DNA of 64,000 nucleotides from Meiothermus sp. (lineage in GTDB: Bacteria > Deinococcota > Deinococci > Deinococcales > Thermaceae): contig JANRLD010000002.1 of the NCBI GenBank assembly GCA_033762915.1, positions 32,168 to 96,167 of the forward strand, read 5' to 3'. Below the pieces are notes generated by a model. It did not search any database. It saw only the letters and a list, made by a program, of their open reading frames with translations, and was not told the DNA's origin. A program made the translations under genes and the position numbers. Shown piece after piece: positions 10,860-23,144 of the stretch (within the stretch, counting starts at the first letter, position 1; the number at the start of each line of letters is the position of its first letter).

Positions 10860-11903
10860 ATGATCCAAAGGCATGTACCGCTGGCGCTGCTCCTGGCGAT
10901 AGGCCTGATCGTACTCGGCCAGCCCACCAAAACCTTCACCAACCCGCTGCTGCCCAGCGGCCCCGACCCCCATATCACCTTCTTCCAGGGCAACTACTAC
11001 CTGACCCACACCACCGGCACCGACATCCGGGTGCGCAAGGCAGCCAGCCTGGCTGGGCTGGGCCAGGCCGAGGAGCGCTACGTCTGGTCCGACTTCGAGC
11101 CCGAGCGCTGCTGCCACCTCTGGGCGCCAGAGTTCCACCGGCTCAAGAACCCCGCCGGGCAGTTCCGCTGGTACATGTACTACACAGCCGGCCCGTCGGA
11201 GTGTTGCGCCAGCCAACGGATGCACGTCCTCGAGAGCGAAGCCGACGACCCCCTGGGCCCCTACAACTACAAGGGCCGGCTATTCGATGCCCAGCACGAC
11301 TTCTGGGCCATTGACCCCACCGTGTTCGAAAGTCGGGGGCGGCTCTACGTGGTCTACAGCGGCACCCCGCAGGACAAGATGCCCTTCGAAAAGCCGCAGA
11401 ACCTCTACATCGCCCGGCTCCAGAACCCCTGGACGATCTCTGGGCAGCGCGTCGAGATCGCCGCTCCCAGCCAGCCCTGGGAGTTGATTGGCGGCCCGGT
11501 CAACGAGGGGCCGGCCCTGGCCCGGCGGGCCGGCAAGCTCTACCTGGCCTACTCGGGCTCGGGCTGCTGGACCGACGACTACGCAGCGGGGGTGCTGGTG
11601 GCCTCGGAGGCCGCCGACCTGCTCAGCCCCCGCTCCTGGCAGAAGATGCCCCGGCCCTTCCTCCAGCGCCGCGACGCCGCCGGGGTCTTCGGCCCCGGCC
11701 ACAACAGCTTCTTCAAGTCTCCCGACGGCAAAGAGGACTGGATCGTCTACCACGCCAACCCCGAGCCAGGCCTCGAGTGCAAGGATCGGCGCAGCCCCCG
11801 TGCGCAGAAGCTCACCTGGGGCTCCGACGGCCTCCCCCGGCTCACCCCCACCGCCCCGAACAGCCCCTTGCCGCTGCCCTCGGGCGACCCCGGTCTACGA
11901 TGA
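10860..11903 (+). CDS. Secreted GH43 (alpha-L-arabinofuranosidase-like)
   Basis: Signal peptide; PDP, WAPE, AIDP, NEGP, GPGHNSF motifs. Confidence 0.88.
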   Translation: MIQRHVPLALLLAIGLIVLGQPTKTFTNPLLPSGPDPHITFFQGNYYLTHTTGTDIRVRKAASLAGLGQAEERYVWSDFEPERCCHLWAPEFHRLKNPAGQFRWYMYYTAGPSECCASQRMHVLESEADDPLGPYNYKGRLFDAQHDFWAIDPTVFESRGRLYVVYSGTPQDKMPFEKPQNLYIARLQNPWTISGQRVEIAAPSQPWELIGGPVNEGPALARRAGKLYLAYSGSGCWTDDYAAGVLVASEAADLLSPRSWQKMPRPFLQRRDAAGVFGPGHNSFFKSPDGKEDWIVYHANPEPGLECKDRRSPRAQKLTWGSDGLPRLTPTAPNSPLPLPSGDPGLR

Positions 11904-12823
11904 AAAGCCCGCGCAATCCCGTCAACCCGGTTTACCCCCACTACTTCGCCGATCCCTTCGTGCTGCGGCACGGCGACGCCTACTACGCCTACGGTACCGG
12001 CGGGGTCAACACCAACGGTCGGGTCATCGAGGTGCTGCGCTCGAGTGACCTGCGCACCTGGGAGTCGATGGGCGGGAGCCTCGAGCCCCTCAGCCTCGAG
12101 ACCCCCCACGACTACTGGGCCCCCGAGGTGGCGGTGCATCAGGGGCGCTTTTACATGTACTACTCGGCGGGCAAGGGCGACCAGGGCCACACCCTGCGGG
12201 TCGCCACCGCCGACCGCCCCCTTGGCCCTTTCTGGGACATGGGCCTGAACCTCAGCCCCGGCGAGCCCTTCGCCATAGACCCGCACCCCTTCCGCGACGA
12301 CGACGGGCAGTGGTATCTGTTCTACGCCAAGGACTTTCTGGACGGGCCCCGGGTGGGAACTGCACTGGCCGTGGACCGGCTGCGCAGCATGAGCCAGCTC
12401 GAGGGCCGCCCGGCCACGGTGCTGCGGGCCAGCGCCGACTGGCAGCTCTACCAGCGGCAGCGCCCGATGTACGGCGCGCTCTACGACTGGCACACCCTCG
12501 AGGGGCCCTTTGTGGTCAAGCGCGGCGGCCTGTACTACTGCTTTTACTCCGGCGGCAACTGGCAGAACCCCAGCTACGGGGTTTCCTACGCCATCGCCGA
12601 GCACCCGCTGGGACCCTGGACGGAGCCCCAGGTGGGCCGCGCCGCCGTGCTCCAGACTGTCCCTGGGCGTCTGAGCGGTCCCGGCCACAACTCGCTGGTG
12701 CGCGGCCCCGACGGCCAGGACTACCTGGTCTACCACGCCTGGGACGAGCGCGGCACGGCCCGGCGGATGTGTGTGAGTCGGCTCGAGTGGACGCTCCAGG
12801 GCCCACGGGTCGAACTGGACTGA
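11900..12823 (+). CDS. Cytoplasmic GH43 glycosidase
   Basis: ATG 11900 overlaps the upstream TGA; ADPF, WAPE, AIDP, LEGP, GPGHNS. Confidence 0.88.
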   Translation: MKSPRNPVNPVYPHYFADPFVLRHGDAYYAYGTGGVNTNGRVIEVLRSSDLRTWESMGGSLEPLSLETPHDYWAPEVAVHQGRFYMYYSAGKGDQGHTLRVATADRPLGPFWDMGLNLSPGEPFAIDPHPFRDDDGQWYLFYAKDFLDGPRVGTALAVDRLRSMSQLEGRPATVLRASADWQLYQRQRPMYGALYDWHTLEGPFVVKRGGLYYCFYSGGNWQNPSYGVSYAIAEHPLGPWTEPQVGRAAVLQTVPGRLSGPGHNSLVRGPDGQDYLVYHAWDERGTARRMCVSRLEWTLQGPRVELD

Positions 12824-12961
12824 CCACACCGGTGGACTTGATAAAGCTCGGCCAGAGGTCAAACCCTCTGGGCGAGGCTTGGTTTCAGGCGGCAGAAGGG
12901 ATGGCCCCTCGAGCCCGTGCAACAGGCCGGTTTGGGCTCACAACGGACGACGGTTAACCTA

Positions 12962-13157
12962 TCGCGTTTCCCACCCGTACCTCCCTCGCGGCGGCAGGTA
13001 ATGTAGTCCTTCTCGCGGTTCCCACCCATACTCCATCCACGGTGCGGAGTATTGCACTCGGTACGGTGGTTTTTGCCGTACCGAGTGTTCATGGGAACCG
13101 CTCTACAGCAAAAACCGCCCGCTTTAGCGCTGTTGGGAGTATACGTGGGAACCGCTC
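12962..13157. mobile_element. MITE family A copy, interrupted by a nested subtype C element
   Basis: The two halves rejoin to match 19703..19805; flanked by TA/TA. Confidence 0.85.
13013..13103. mobile_element. MITE subtype C nested in family A copy
   Basis: TCGCGGTTCCCAC...ATGGGAACCGCTC, with internal CTCGGTACGG..CCGTACCGAG hairpin shared with 31992 and 54211. Confidence 0.8.
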
Positions 13158-14977
13158 TAGTCGGTGGCCACTGCCTCGCCCTTAGGCGCCACCGGCGGCA
13201 GCCCCAGCTTTACCCACCGCTCGTCCACCCGGCGCACGACTTCCGGAGACATCACGATCTTGGGCGGCCAGCGTCGGGAGAAGCCCTCCTCGGCCAGCTT
13301 ACGGGTGCCCTCCAGCACCAGCACCGGGCCTTCGCTGCCTTGCATCACCCAGGCGTCGCGCTCAGGGTCTATATTGTTGAGCACCGCCCACATCACCTCG
13401 TCGAAGTCCAGGCTGGTGTCGGAGTCGGTGAGCAGCAGCAGGCGGATGCCGGCGCTCTGCGGCGTGGCCAGCAGCCTCTCGGCGACCTCCCTGGCCTGGT
13501 GGGGCTTGGTCTTCTCGAGGGTCGCCATCCAGACCCCCGGCAGCTGTTTCTGCTGAACGCCGGGAAGGGCGGGGAGGGTGGCGTGGAATTTGGGGATGAA
13601 CGGCGGGTCGCCGCCCTCCTCGGTCAGTTTGCGGGTGCCATCGATGATCAGTTTGCCGCCGTAGCCCACGGCCCTGGAAGAGTGGTCGAGCACGTCAATA
13701 GGGCCGCGGGAGACCAGAGTGTCGCGCCCCGGCACCGCGTACTTCACGGCCTCCTGGATCGAGGCCGCGCCCTTCAGCGGGGCTCCGGCGTCCAGGACCA
13801 CCATCACCTTGGCGAACATCATCTGCCCTAGCCCGAACATCCCGTTCGCCACCTTGTAGGCGTGACCCGGATAGGCTTTTTGGATGCCCACATTCACCCA
13901 GTTGTGGGCCACCCCGGCGGGGGGCATGTGATAGTCCTTTAGCTCCGGCAGGATGAGTTGGGCGGCGGGCATGAACAGCCGCTCGCTGGCCTCGATTAAG
14001 TAGGCGTCCTCCATCGGCGGGCGGCCCACTATCGTGGCCGGATAGACAGCGCCGCGGCGGTGGGTGATAGCGGTGATGTGGAAGCGGGGGTAGAAGTCCT
14101 CGAGGGTGTAAAACCCGGTGTGGTCGCCGAAGGGGCCTTCGACGATCAGGTCCTCGGCGGGATCGACGTAGCCCTCGAGGATGAACTCGGCCTCGGCGGG
14201 CACCATCAGGTCTACGGTGACTCCCCGGGTCAGCTCGAGCGGTGTCCCGCGCAGGAAGCCCGCCAGGTTGAACTCGGTCACGCCGGGGATGGGAGGGACG
14301 GGCGCGGTGGCGGCGTAGGTGAGGATGGGGTCGCCGCCGATGGCCACGGCGATCTCGAGCTTTTTGCCCAGCCGCTTGGCCTTGTCGAAGTGCCGCCGCC
14401 CGACCTTGTGGAGCTGCCAGTGCATCCCGGTCGACTGTCTGTCCAGCACCTGCATCCGGTACATGCCCAGGTTGGGCTCGCCGGTCTCGGGGTCTTTGGT
14501 GATGACCAGCGGCAGAGTCACGTAGGGGCCGCCGTCCAGCGGCCAGCACTTGAGGATTGGGACGCGGCCCAGGTCAACTTGGTCGCCCTTCAGCACCACC
14601 TGCTGCACCGGCGCGTTGCCCACTTTTTTGGGAAAGAAGCCCTTAAGCTCGCCCAGCTTGGGCAGCAGCGCGAAGGCCGCCTTGAGGCCGCCCTTGCCGG
14701 GGTTAAGGTTGAGGAAACTCGAGACCCGCGCCGCCAGATCGTCGAGGCTCTTGACGCCCATCGCCAGCGCGGTGCGCTCGGCCGTCCCGTAGCCCCCGAT
14801 GAACACCGGGAAGTCGCGGTCTTGCACGTTCTCGAACAGGAGGGCCGGGCCGCCCGCTTTCACCAGCCGGTCGGCGATCTCGGTGATCTCGAGCTCGCAA
14901 GACACCGGCTCTTTTACCCGGACGAGCTCGCCACGGCGCTCGAGGTCGGCGATAAAGGCGCTGAGATTCTTATACAT
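13157..14977 (-). CDS. mqnL: UbiD-family menaquinone biosynthesis decarboxylase (futalosine pathway)
   Basis: GPALLFENV, NLGMYRMQV, EGPFGDHTGFY, GRPPMED; duplicated C-terminal (D/E)GTRKL unit. Confidence 0.88.
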   Translation of the reverse strand: MYKNLSAFIADLERRGELVRVKEPVSCELEITEIADRLVKAGGPALLFENVQDRDFPVFIGGYGTAERTALAMGVKSLDDLAARVSSFLNLNPGKGGLKAAFALLPKLGELKGFFPKKVGNAPVQQVVLKGDQVDLGRVPILKCWPLDGGPYVTLPLVITKDPETGEPNLGMYRMQVLDRQSTGMHWQLHKVGRRHFDKAKRLGKKLEIAVAIGGDPILTYAATAPVPPIPGVTEFNLAGFLRGTPLELTRGVTVDLMVPAEAEFILEGYVDPAEDLIVEGPFGDHTGFYTLEDFYPRFHITAITHRRGAVYPATIVGRPPMEDAYLIEASERLFMPAAQLILPELKDYHMPPAGVAHNWVNVGIQKAYPGHAYKVANGMFGLGQMMFAKVMVVLDAGAPLKGAASIQEAVKYAVPGRDTLVSRGPIDVLDHSSRAVGYGGKLIIDGTRKLTEEGGDPPFIPKFHATLPALPGVQQKQLPGVWMATLEKTKPHQAREVAERLLATPQSAGIRLLLLTDSDTSLDFDEVMWAVLNNIDPERDAWVMQGSEGPVLVLEGTRKLAEEGFSRRWPPKIVMSPEVVRRVDERWVKLGLPPVAPKGEAVATD

Positions 14978-15136
14978 CCATTCCAGGGTAGCTTAAAGGC
15001 TAAAGGGGGATTGTGTTGAGGTAAGGTGTCCCGGGTCTGCGCGGTCGAGATGCGCGACGCCGCCTGGGGAGTTCAGGGATCGTGCCAGGCGCGGGTTTGT
15101 CATATTGGCCGGTCTTGCAGGCTTTCCCCAGACCGC

Positions 15137-15466
15137 TCACAGTTCCATCTCGATGTGCTCGAGCCTGAACCTCCCGGGCGTTCCGTACACCAGCACCGCC
15201 TCGAGGCGCACCGGCAGGTCGTCGCGGCCCAGCAGGTAGACCACCGAGCCGTAGATGCGGCGGTACTTGGTGGGGGTGAGGGCCTCGAGGGGCGTGCCGA
15301 ACTTGTCGTCCCGGCGCTGCTTGACCTCCACCGCCACGTAGGTTTCGCCGTCCCGCATCCACAGGTCGACCTCGCCCACCGGCGTTTTCTTGTTCTGTCC
15401 CAGCAGGACGTAGCCCTTGGCCAGCAGATACTTCCGCGCCAACGCCTCCGCCCAAGCGCCCTTCAT
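15137..15466 (-). CDS. yraN: YraN/UPF0102 family nuclease-like protein
   Basis: GAWAE..A..YL..KGY, GEVDL, VAVEVK. Confidence 0.88.
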   Translation of the reverse strand: MKGAWAEALARKYLLAKGYVLLGQNKKTPVGEVDLWMRDGETYVAVEVKQRRDDKFGTPLEALTPTKYRRIYGSVVYLLGRDDLPVRLEAVLVYGTPGRFRLEHIEMEL

Positions 15467-15470
15467 ACGG

Positions 15471-17324
15471 CTACAGCGGGTTCTCGATCACGGTCTGGCC
15501 GTTGACCACCACCCTCAGTATCGCGCTGCCCTGAACGATGACCTCGGTGGGCGGGAAGATGTAGCCCGCTTCCACCGGACCTTCGAACAGGGTGTTGTTG
15601 CGCACCTCGTCCTGCACGATGATGGCCACCACCGCGCCCTGCGGGTATTGGCCGGTGTCCAGCGCGTAGGTCACGTTGACCCGGCGCTCCTGCGGCCCGG
15701 CGGCAACCGGCGGGGTGGGCTGGGGCGTCGGCTGGGGCGTTGGCTGAGGCGTGGGCTGGGGCTCCGGGGCGGTGGGGTTGGAGTTGGGGTTAGGGGCGGG
15801 CAAGACCGGCTCGACCGAGGGCTGCGGCTCGTTGGAGACCGGTTCGGGGGCGGGCCGCGGCTCGGGCTCGGGGGCCGGCGGGGGCGCCTCGAGGCGCGGC
15901 GGCTCGAAGGGCGAGGCGTTGGGGACGGCGGCGCTGGGCTGGCCTGCCACGAAGACCCGGATCGGGGTCTCGCGGTTGAGGATGACGCCGGGGCCGGGCT
16001 CCTGGCCCACGACCTGCCCGCCCGGCGCCCCGGAGGCCACCGGGATGAACTGCGGCTGTAGCTCGGCCACGGTCAGGATGTACTTGGCCTGATCCTGGGT
16101 CAAGCCGCTGAGGTCGGGCAACACTGTCTCGCGCACCCCGGGGCGCACCCCGGTCGAGACCAACAGCCGCACCCCCGAGCCCTGACGCAGGGGCTGGTTT
16201 TCCCTGGGGACGCTGGAAAGCACGGTGTCGCGGGTGTCGGCGGAGGCCACCCTGGTCACCCCCAGCACCGGGTATCCGGCGGCCTCGAGGGCCTGCCGGG
16301 CGTCTTGCAGCGAGCGCCCGACCAGGGTGGGGACGCTGCCGAAGCGCGGCTTGTTGATGACCAGCTCGAGCCGACGCCCCGGCTTCACGCGGGTCGAGGC
16401 GTCGGGGGTCTGCTCCAAAATCTGATCCTTGGGCAGCGAGGGGTCGGAGCCCTCAGCGAACTCCACCTTGAGCCCGAAAGCCCGCACCGCCTCGAGGGCC
16501 TCGCGCGGGGTCTTGCCGATCAGGTCGGGCAGCACGTACTCGGGCGGGTTGAGGTAGCGGAGGGTAGTCTGCCAGCCCAGGTAGCCCCCCAGGCCCAGCA
16601 TGATGAGGCCCGGAACCCAGCCCGGCCAGTTGAGGAAAAAGCGCCGCTCGGGGCGGCGGGGCGGCTTAGCCTTGGCGGTTTTGGTCTTGGCGGCGACCGG
16701 CGCACCGTCCACTGGCTGCTCGACCCTGACCGTGCTGCCCTCCAGCCGCTGAGTCGGGGCGGGCGGCGGGAGTTCCACCGTGGCCCTGGCGGGGGCCGCC
16801 GGCTGGGCGGTCTGGGCCGCCGGGGGGGGCTTGCTCGAGGCCGCAAGGGGGGCGGCGGGCGGCGGGGCGGCAGGCTGGGTCAGGGGGCTTGGGGAGATGG
16901 GGTTGGCGTCCGGGGCGGGGAAGGCCACCGGGCTGATCTGCGGTCTCAGGTCGCCCACCAGCACCCGGCCCGACTCCTCGGCGGCCTCGAGGTCGCCCTC
17001 GCGGTAGCCGAAGGGCTCGAGCACATCCAAGATGGGCTTGAGCCGCTTGGGCTTGGGGTTGGCGCGGGTCTGCTCGGGCCAGAAGGCGTAGTAGCGGCCG
17101 GGGTTGGCCGAGACCACCACCCCCTGCGGCAGCAGGCCCTGGCCCTCGAGGCGCCGGATGGCGTTTTTGTAGCGGTGGAAGGCGGTGCGGGCCTCCGGCC
17201 CATGCACCTCGAACCAGTACAGGCGGCCCCGCGCCCCATCGGCGGTCTCGACCTGGAAGGGCTGCAAAAACCCCTCAGCCCCCTCGGCGCTGATGACCTT
17301 AAACTTGTCGTCCAGTAACGACAC
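15471..17324 (-). CDS. Membrane-anchored PASTA-domain protein (3 PASTA repeats, Pro-rich linkers)
   Basis: [24 protein letters not shown] repeats after one TM; GTG 17324 lies 7 nt after TATAAT. Confidence 0.85.
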   Translation of the reverse strand: MSLLDDKFKVISAEGAEGFLQPFQVETADGARGRLYWFEVHGPEARTAFHRYKNAIRRLEGQGLLPQGVVVSANPGRYYAFWPEQTRANPKPKRLKPILDVLEPFGYREGDLEAAEESGRVLVGDLRPQISPVAFPAPDANPISPSPLTQPAAPPPAAPLAASSKPPPAAQTAQPAAPARATVELPPPAPTQRLEGSTVRVEQPVDGAPVAAKTKTAKAKPPRRPERRFFLNWPGWVPGLIMLGLGGYLGWQTTLRYLNPPEYVLPDLIGKTPREALEAVRAFGLKVEFAEGSDPSLPKDQILEQTPDASTRVKPGRRLELVINKPRFGSVPTLVGRSLQDARQALEAAGYPVLGVTRVASADTRDTVLSSVPRENQPLRQGSGVRLLVSTGVRPGVRETVLPDLSGLTQDQAKYILTVAELQPQFIPVASGAPGGQVVGQEPGPGVILNRETPIRVFVAGQPSAAVPNASPFEPPRLEAPPPAPEPEPRPAPEPVSNEPQPSVEPVLPAPNPNSNPTAPEPQPTPQPTPQPTPQPTPPVAAGPQERRVNVTYALDTGQYPQGAVVAIIVQDEVRNNTLFEGPVEAGYIFPPTEVIVQGSAILRVVVNGQTVIENPL

Positions 17325-17493
17325 GCCTTTGATTATAACCACCCGCCCAGGTCGCGGGTGAGGCGGGTGAAAGGGGTTTCGATACTGGCCTTGTGGCTGG
17401 TGCCCCCTAACCCCTAACCGCCGAGGTTCAGCCTGAGCACCCCGCCTCCCGCGGTTTATCCCAAAAGCTGGGCGATTGTTCGGGCAAATCTAA

Positions 17494-17595
17494 GAGCGGT
17501 TCCCACCCATACTCCCTACGGCGCTAAAGCGGGCAGTTTTTGCTGTAGGGAGTAGATTACCTGCCACTGCGAGGGAGGTAAGGTGGGAAACGCGA
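17494..17595. mobile_element. MITE family A copy
   Basis: GAGCGGTTCCCAC...GTGGGAAACGCGA. Confidence 0.85.
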
Positions 17596-17845
17596 AGAGC
17601 TCGCGAGTTCAGTCTGGTCAACAACCAAACGGGCCTGCTGATGTGCCGTGACGAAGACGCCCAGCGTTGGCGCGGCGCGTACGGGGAAGCCCAGCGCATC
17701 ATCTTTTGGTTACAAAACCGGGCCGAAGGTAAAATGAATCCAGAAAAGCGAAAATTCCCTCATAAACAGCACTAAAAAATGGGTATTAGTACAATATCAC
17801 TCGAGCTTCAGGGGCATACCATTAGCCCAGGCTGAACGGAGGCAT

Positions 17846-19702
17846 ATGGTTCTTCAGAAGGTCAACCACCCGCAAGACCTCAAGGCCCTCAGCGAGTCCG
17901 AGTTGCTTCAACTTGCCGACGAGCTGCGCTCCGAGATCATCCGCGTGACGTCGCAGAACGGCGGACACCTGGCCAGCAGCCTGGGGGCGGTCGAGCTGAT
18001 CGTCGCACTGCACAAGGTCTTCGACTCGCCCAAGGACCGGCTGCTCTTCGACGTGGGCCACCAGGCCTACGCCCACAAAATCCTGACCGGGCGCAAGGAC
18101 CTGATGCACACCATCCGCCAGGAGGGGGGCATCTCCGGCTTCACCAAGGTCTCGGAGAATGAGCACGACGCCATCACCGTCGGGCACGCCTCCACCTCGC
18201 TGGCCAACGCGCTGGGGATGGCCATCGCCCGCGACGCGCTGGGTGAGGACTACAGCGTGGTGGGCGTCATCGGCGATGGGGCGCTCACGGGCGGGATGGC
18301 GCTGGCCGCGCTCAACGTGATCGGCGACCAGAAGCGCCGGATGCTGATGGTGCTCAACGACAATGAGATGAGCATCTCCGAGAACGTGGGGGCCCTCAAC
18401 CGCTACTTCAAGGAGTATCAGACCAAGAAGTGGGTGCAGGACACCCAGAAGTGGGGACGGGAGGTGCTGGAGTCGATCTCGCCCAGGCTCTTCAACCTCG
18501 TCGACCGCACCAAGGAAGCCGCCAAGCTGATCATGCACCAGGAGAACCCCTTCTACGCCTGGGGCCTGCGCTACGTGGGGCCGGTGGATGGGCACGACCT
18601 GAAGGGCTTGATCCACATCCTCGAGCAGATCAAAACCCTCGACGGCCCCACCCTGCTGCACATCGTCACCCAGAAGGGCAAGGGCTACCAGATCGCCGAG
18701 TCCGACCCCATCTACTGGCACGGCCCCCCGGGCTTCAACGTCGAGAACCCCGAGAAGGTGAGCAAGGGCTACAGCTGGTCGAGCGCCTTCGGCGATGCGA
18801 TGACCGAGTTGGCCGCCATGGACAAGCGGGTCTTTGTGATCACCCCGGCCATGCGCGAGGGTTCGGGGCTGGTCAAGTACTCCCAGACCCACCCCGACCG
18901 CTACCTCGACACCGGCATCTGCGAGGACGTGTCCGCCACCACGGCGGCGGGCATGGGGCTGCGCGGCCTCAAGCCGGTGCTGGCCATCTACTCCACCTTC
19001 ATGCAGCGGGCCTTCGACCAGATCGTCCACGACATCGCCATTGAGAACGTCGACACCATCTTCGCCGTAGACCGGGCGGGCATCGTGGGCGGCGACGGGG
19101 CCACGCACAACGGGGTCTTCGACATCTCGTACATGCGCACCATCCCCAATGTGCAGATCGCCGCGCCGCGCAACGCCCTCGAGCTGCGGGCCATGCTCAA
19201 GCACGCCCTGACCCTCTCCGGCCCCATTGCCATCCGCTACGCGCGCGACAACGTGGAGCCGGTCGAGCCGGGAACCTGGCCCAGCATCGAGTGGGGCCGC
19301 TGGGAGGTGCTAAAAGAGGGCAGCAAGGCCTACATCCTCAGCTTCGGCAAGACGCTGAAATACGCCCTCGAGGCCGCCAAGGACAACCCCGAGGTCGGCG
19401 TCATCAATGCCCGCTTCATCAAGCCGCTGGACAAGGGGATGCTCGAGATGCTGGCCCTCGAGGGCTACAAGCTCGTCACTACCGAGGACCACCAGAAGAT
19501 GGGCGGGTTCGGCAGTGCGGTGCTCGAGGCGCTGAACGACCTGGGCCTCAAGCCCGACATCCGCGTGCTGGGCCTGCCCGACCTCTTCTACGACCACGGC
19601 TCCATCCCCCGCATGCACCGTGAGGCCGGGATCGACGCCGAGGCCATCAAGGCCGCTCTGAGGGAGATGGGTGTGGGACAGAAGGCCGTGGCCCACGACT
19701 GA
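17846..19702 (+). CDS. dxs: 1-deoxy-D-xylulose-5-phosphate synthase
   Basis: [45 protein letters not shown]. Confidence 0.97.
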   Translation: MVLQKVNHPQDLKALSESELLQLADELRSEIIRVTSQNGGHLASSLGAVELIVALHKVFDSPKDRLLFDVGHQAYAHKILTGRKDLMHTIRQEGGISGFTKVSENEHDAITVGHASTSLANALGMAIARDALGEDYSVVGVIGDGALTGGMALAALNVIGDQKRRMLMVLNDNEMSISENVGALNRYFKEYQTKKWVQDTQKWGREVLESISPRLFNLVDRTKEAAKLIMHQENPFYAWGLRYVGPVDGHDLKGLIHILEQIKTLDGPTLLHIVTQKGKGYQIAESDPIYWHGPPGFNVENPEKVSKGYSWSSAFGDAMTELAAMDKRVFVITPAMREGSGLVKYSQTHPDRYLDTGICEDVSATTAAGMGLRGLKPVLAIYSTFMQRAFDQIVHDIAIENVDTIFAVDRAGIVGGDGATHNGVFDISYMRTIPNVQIAAPRNALELRAMLKHALTLSGPIAIRYARDNVEPVEPGTWPSIEWGRWEVLKEGSKAYILSFGKTLKYALEAAKDNPEVGVINARFIKPLDKGMLEMLALEGYKLVTTEDHQKMGGFGSAVLEALNDLGLKPDIRVLGLPDLFYDHGSIPRMHREAGIDAEAIKAALREMGVGQKAVAHD

Positions 19703-19805
19703 TTGCGTTTCCCACCCTTACCTCCCTCGCGGCGGCAGGTAATCTACTCCCTACAGCAAAAACCGCCCGCTTTAGCGCCGTAGGGAGTATGCGTGGGAAC
19801 CGCTC
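19703..19805. mobile_element. MITE family A copy inserted at the dxs stop codon (TGA duplicated)
   Basis: TGA at 19700-19702 and at 19806-19808. Confidence 0.88.
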
Positions 19806-19901
19806 TGAAAACCTGATTCTACGGAAGCGCCCCGTCGTTGGGGCGCTTCTCTTTGGATGTGGGCGTCGGGGGGCGCGTTGCGGGGTCGTGCGGGCGTATA
19901 A

Positions 19902-20010
19902 GTTGCGCCAGGGCAGATTTGCAAGACCAGCGAACGCCGAAAACACGTGTCTGGCGCAATTCCCTACGGGTGTTTCGGGGTGAGTTCCTGCACTTCAACT
20001 ATGGAGATAC
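19902..20010. mobile_element. MITE family B copy
   Basis: Near-identical in reverse complement to 32536..32644. Confidence 0.82.
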
Positions 20011-20014
20011 TTAG

Positions 20015-20131
20015 GTGTCTCCATAGTTGGGATGCGCAATGCCTCCCGGCAGCCCGTTAGGGAACGGCCCCAGTTAGCCGCTCGTTACCGAGGTCGCCTT
20101 GAGGGTTTCGCAATCTCAACTGTGGCGCAAC
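20015..20131. mobile_element. MITE family B copy, inverted relative to its neighbour
   Basis: GTGTCTCCATAGTTG...CTGTGGCGCAAC-TTA. Confidence 0.7.
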
Positions 20132-20297
20132 TTAGCCGTGTGCCCCGGTGGGATGGTTGTTTTTGATGGCCGGAAGTTAGGCAGAACTTCGAGGGTCAAA
20201 CAACCCCAGCCCGTAGGGACGTACGGCCGTACGTCCAAACATAGTGAGCATTTCCGGCACGCCAACACCCCACGGTTTCAGCAATGGCCAAGATGCG

Positions 20298-21473
<1,176 letters not shown>

Positions 21474-21685
21474 CGCGTGAGTATAACAAAAGCGGGCGGC
21501 GGCATTGGGTAAAAGCGGACGGGAGTACAAGGTAGCCGCGTAAGGCGTGAAGCCGCGCCCGCCGGGCCGCGTGGCTGCACGTCCCGGCCTCCTGAACAGC
21601 CGCCCTACTTGGCCTTCCCGTGCCCATCCTGGCCCTGTCCGGGGGTCGGGGGCGATTGACGTCAGAGGGTAACCACCCTAGCATT

Positions 21686-21701
21686 GTAAGTATGTACTTA
21701 C
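21686..21701. promoter_or_regulatory. Putative TetR operator GTAAGTA-TG-TACTTAC overlapping the tetR start codon
   Basis: Perfect 7-bp inverted repeat. Confidence 0.65.
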
Positions 21702-22282
21702 TTGCTAACTTTGAAGAACTGGATCCCACGCGGTCAGCATTGCTGCGCTCGGGCCTCGAGCTGCTGGCCGAGCGGGGCTATAAGGGGGCCATCACGCGCG
21801 AGATTGCCCAGCGGGCCGGGGTGTCGGAGGTGACGCTGTTCCGGCACTACGGGAGCAAGGAAAGCCTTCTGCGCGAGGCGGTACACCGGCTGCGCCCGCC
21901 CATCGAGGCCGTGCTGCCCGTCCCCAGCGCGGACATCGAGGCCGACCTGGTGCAGCTCGTGGCCAACTACAGCCGTGTCCTCGAGGCCAACGGGGGTCTG
22001 CTGGTGCGGCTGCTCTCCGAGCTGACGCGCCACCCCGAGCTGGTGGAGGGCGGGGGGCTGGTCGGTCTGGCGGGCGCGATGCGGGCGGGGTTCGACTTTA
22101 TGGCCGGGCGGCAGCGGGCGGGGCTGCTGCGCGACGACGAACCGCCCACCCAGGCCATGCTGGCCCTGATGGGGCCGGTCTTCGCGCGCAAGATTCTGAC
22201 CGGGGTGATGGGCCTCGAGCTGCCCCTCGACCCCCAGGCCCACGTGCGCGGCTTTTTAGAAGGGAGGCGGAAGGATGGTTAG
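21692..22282 (+). CDS. TetR/AcrR-family regulator
   Basis: TREIAQRAGVSEVTLFRHYGSKE. Confidence 0.9.
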   Translation: MYLLANFEELDPTRSALLRSGLELLAERGYKGAITREIAQRAGVSEVTLFRHYGSKESLLREAVHRLRPPIEAVLPVPSADIEADLVQLVANYSRVLEANGGLLVRLLSELTRHPELVEGGGLVGLAGAMRAGFDFMAGRQRAGLLRDDEPPTQAMLALMGPVFARKILTGVMGLELPLDPQAHVRGFLEGRRKDG

Positions 22283-23144
22283 CATACGCATGATTGAGCG
22301 AAGCTTCGGCAGCCGGGCGGCCCTGGGCGGGGTTAGCCTGGAGGTGGCCTCGGGCGAGGTCTTCGGGCTTTTGGGGCCCAACGGCTCGGGCAAGACCACC
22401 CTGATCCGCATCCTCACCGGGGTGTTGCCGCCGTCGGGCGGCAGCGCTACGGTGGCGGGGATCGATGTGGGACGCTATCCCGAGCGGGTCAAGGGCCTGA
22501 TCGGCTACGCCACCCAGGAGGCCAGTGTCTACCGCGACCTGACCGTGCGCGAGAACCTCGAGTTCCGCGCTCGGCTGTACCTCAAGCCGGCCGGCACGGC
22601 CTACGCGCTGGAGGACATCCTCGGCCGGTTTGGTCTCAACGAGTACCAGGGCACCCTGGCGGGCGCGCTCTCGGGCGGCTGGCGGCAGCGGCTGGCCATC
22701 GCGCAGGCGGTCGTCCACAAGCCCCAGGTGCTCTTCCTCGACGAGCCCACCACCGGCCTCGATCCCGCCAGCCGCCGGGTCATCTGGGACTTGATCCACC
22801 AGGAGGCCGCCGGGGGCACCACCGTCTTCGTCACCACCCACTACATGGACGAGGCCGAGCGCTGCCACCGCCTGGCCATGCTCGACCGCGGAAGGGTCAT
22901 CGCCCAGGGCACACCCCACGAGTTGCGGCGGCGCGCCGAACAGCAGGCCCAGGTCGCTTTCACCTCCACCGCCCTGCCCCTCGAGCAGGCCCGCGCCCTT
23001 CCGGGCGTCCTCGACGGCTGGCCCAGCGGCGACGGGTTAAGACTGCTGCTCGAGAAAGACGCCCACCCGGCGGGCCTGGCCTTGCAGCCGGTGCAGGCCA
23101 ACCTCGAGGACGTGTTCATCGTGCTGACCCGGGGGAACCCATGA
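22275..23144 (+). CDS. ABC-2 exporter ATP-binding protein
   Basis: GPNGSGKT, LSGG, LDEPTTGLD, TTH. Confidence 0.93.
   Translation: MVSIRMIERSFGSRAALGGVSLEVASGEVFGLLGPNGSGKTTLIRILTGVLPPSGGSATVAGIDVGRYPERVKGLIGYATQEASVYRDLTVRENLEFRARLYLKPAGTAYALEDILGRFGLNEYQGTLAGALSGGWRQRLAIAQAVVHKPQVLFLDEPTTGLDPASRRVIWDLIHQEAAGGTTVFVTTHYMDEAERCHRLAMLDRGRVIAQGTPHELRRRAEQQAQVAFTSTALPLEQARALPGVLDGWPSGDGLRLLLEKDAHPAGLALQPVQANLEDVFIVLTRGNP

Noticed and set aside
17822..19204. Long antisense and alternate-frame ORFs overlapping real genes throughout the window
   Set aside because: Expected shadows of high-GC codon bias; no motifs
19902..20131. Family B repeats as integron attC sites
   Set aside because: Ends do not fit RYYYAAC...GTTRRRY; no cassette array or integrase
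21474..21690. SAM riboswitch upstream of metK
   Set aside because: No recognisable SAM-I core, and the -10 box sits 6 nt from the start codon, leaving no leader
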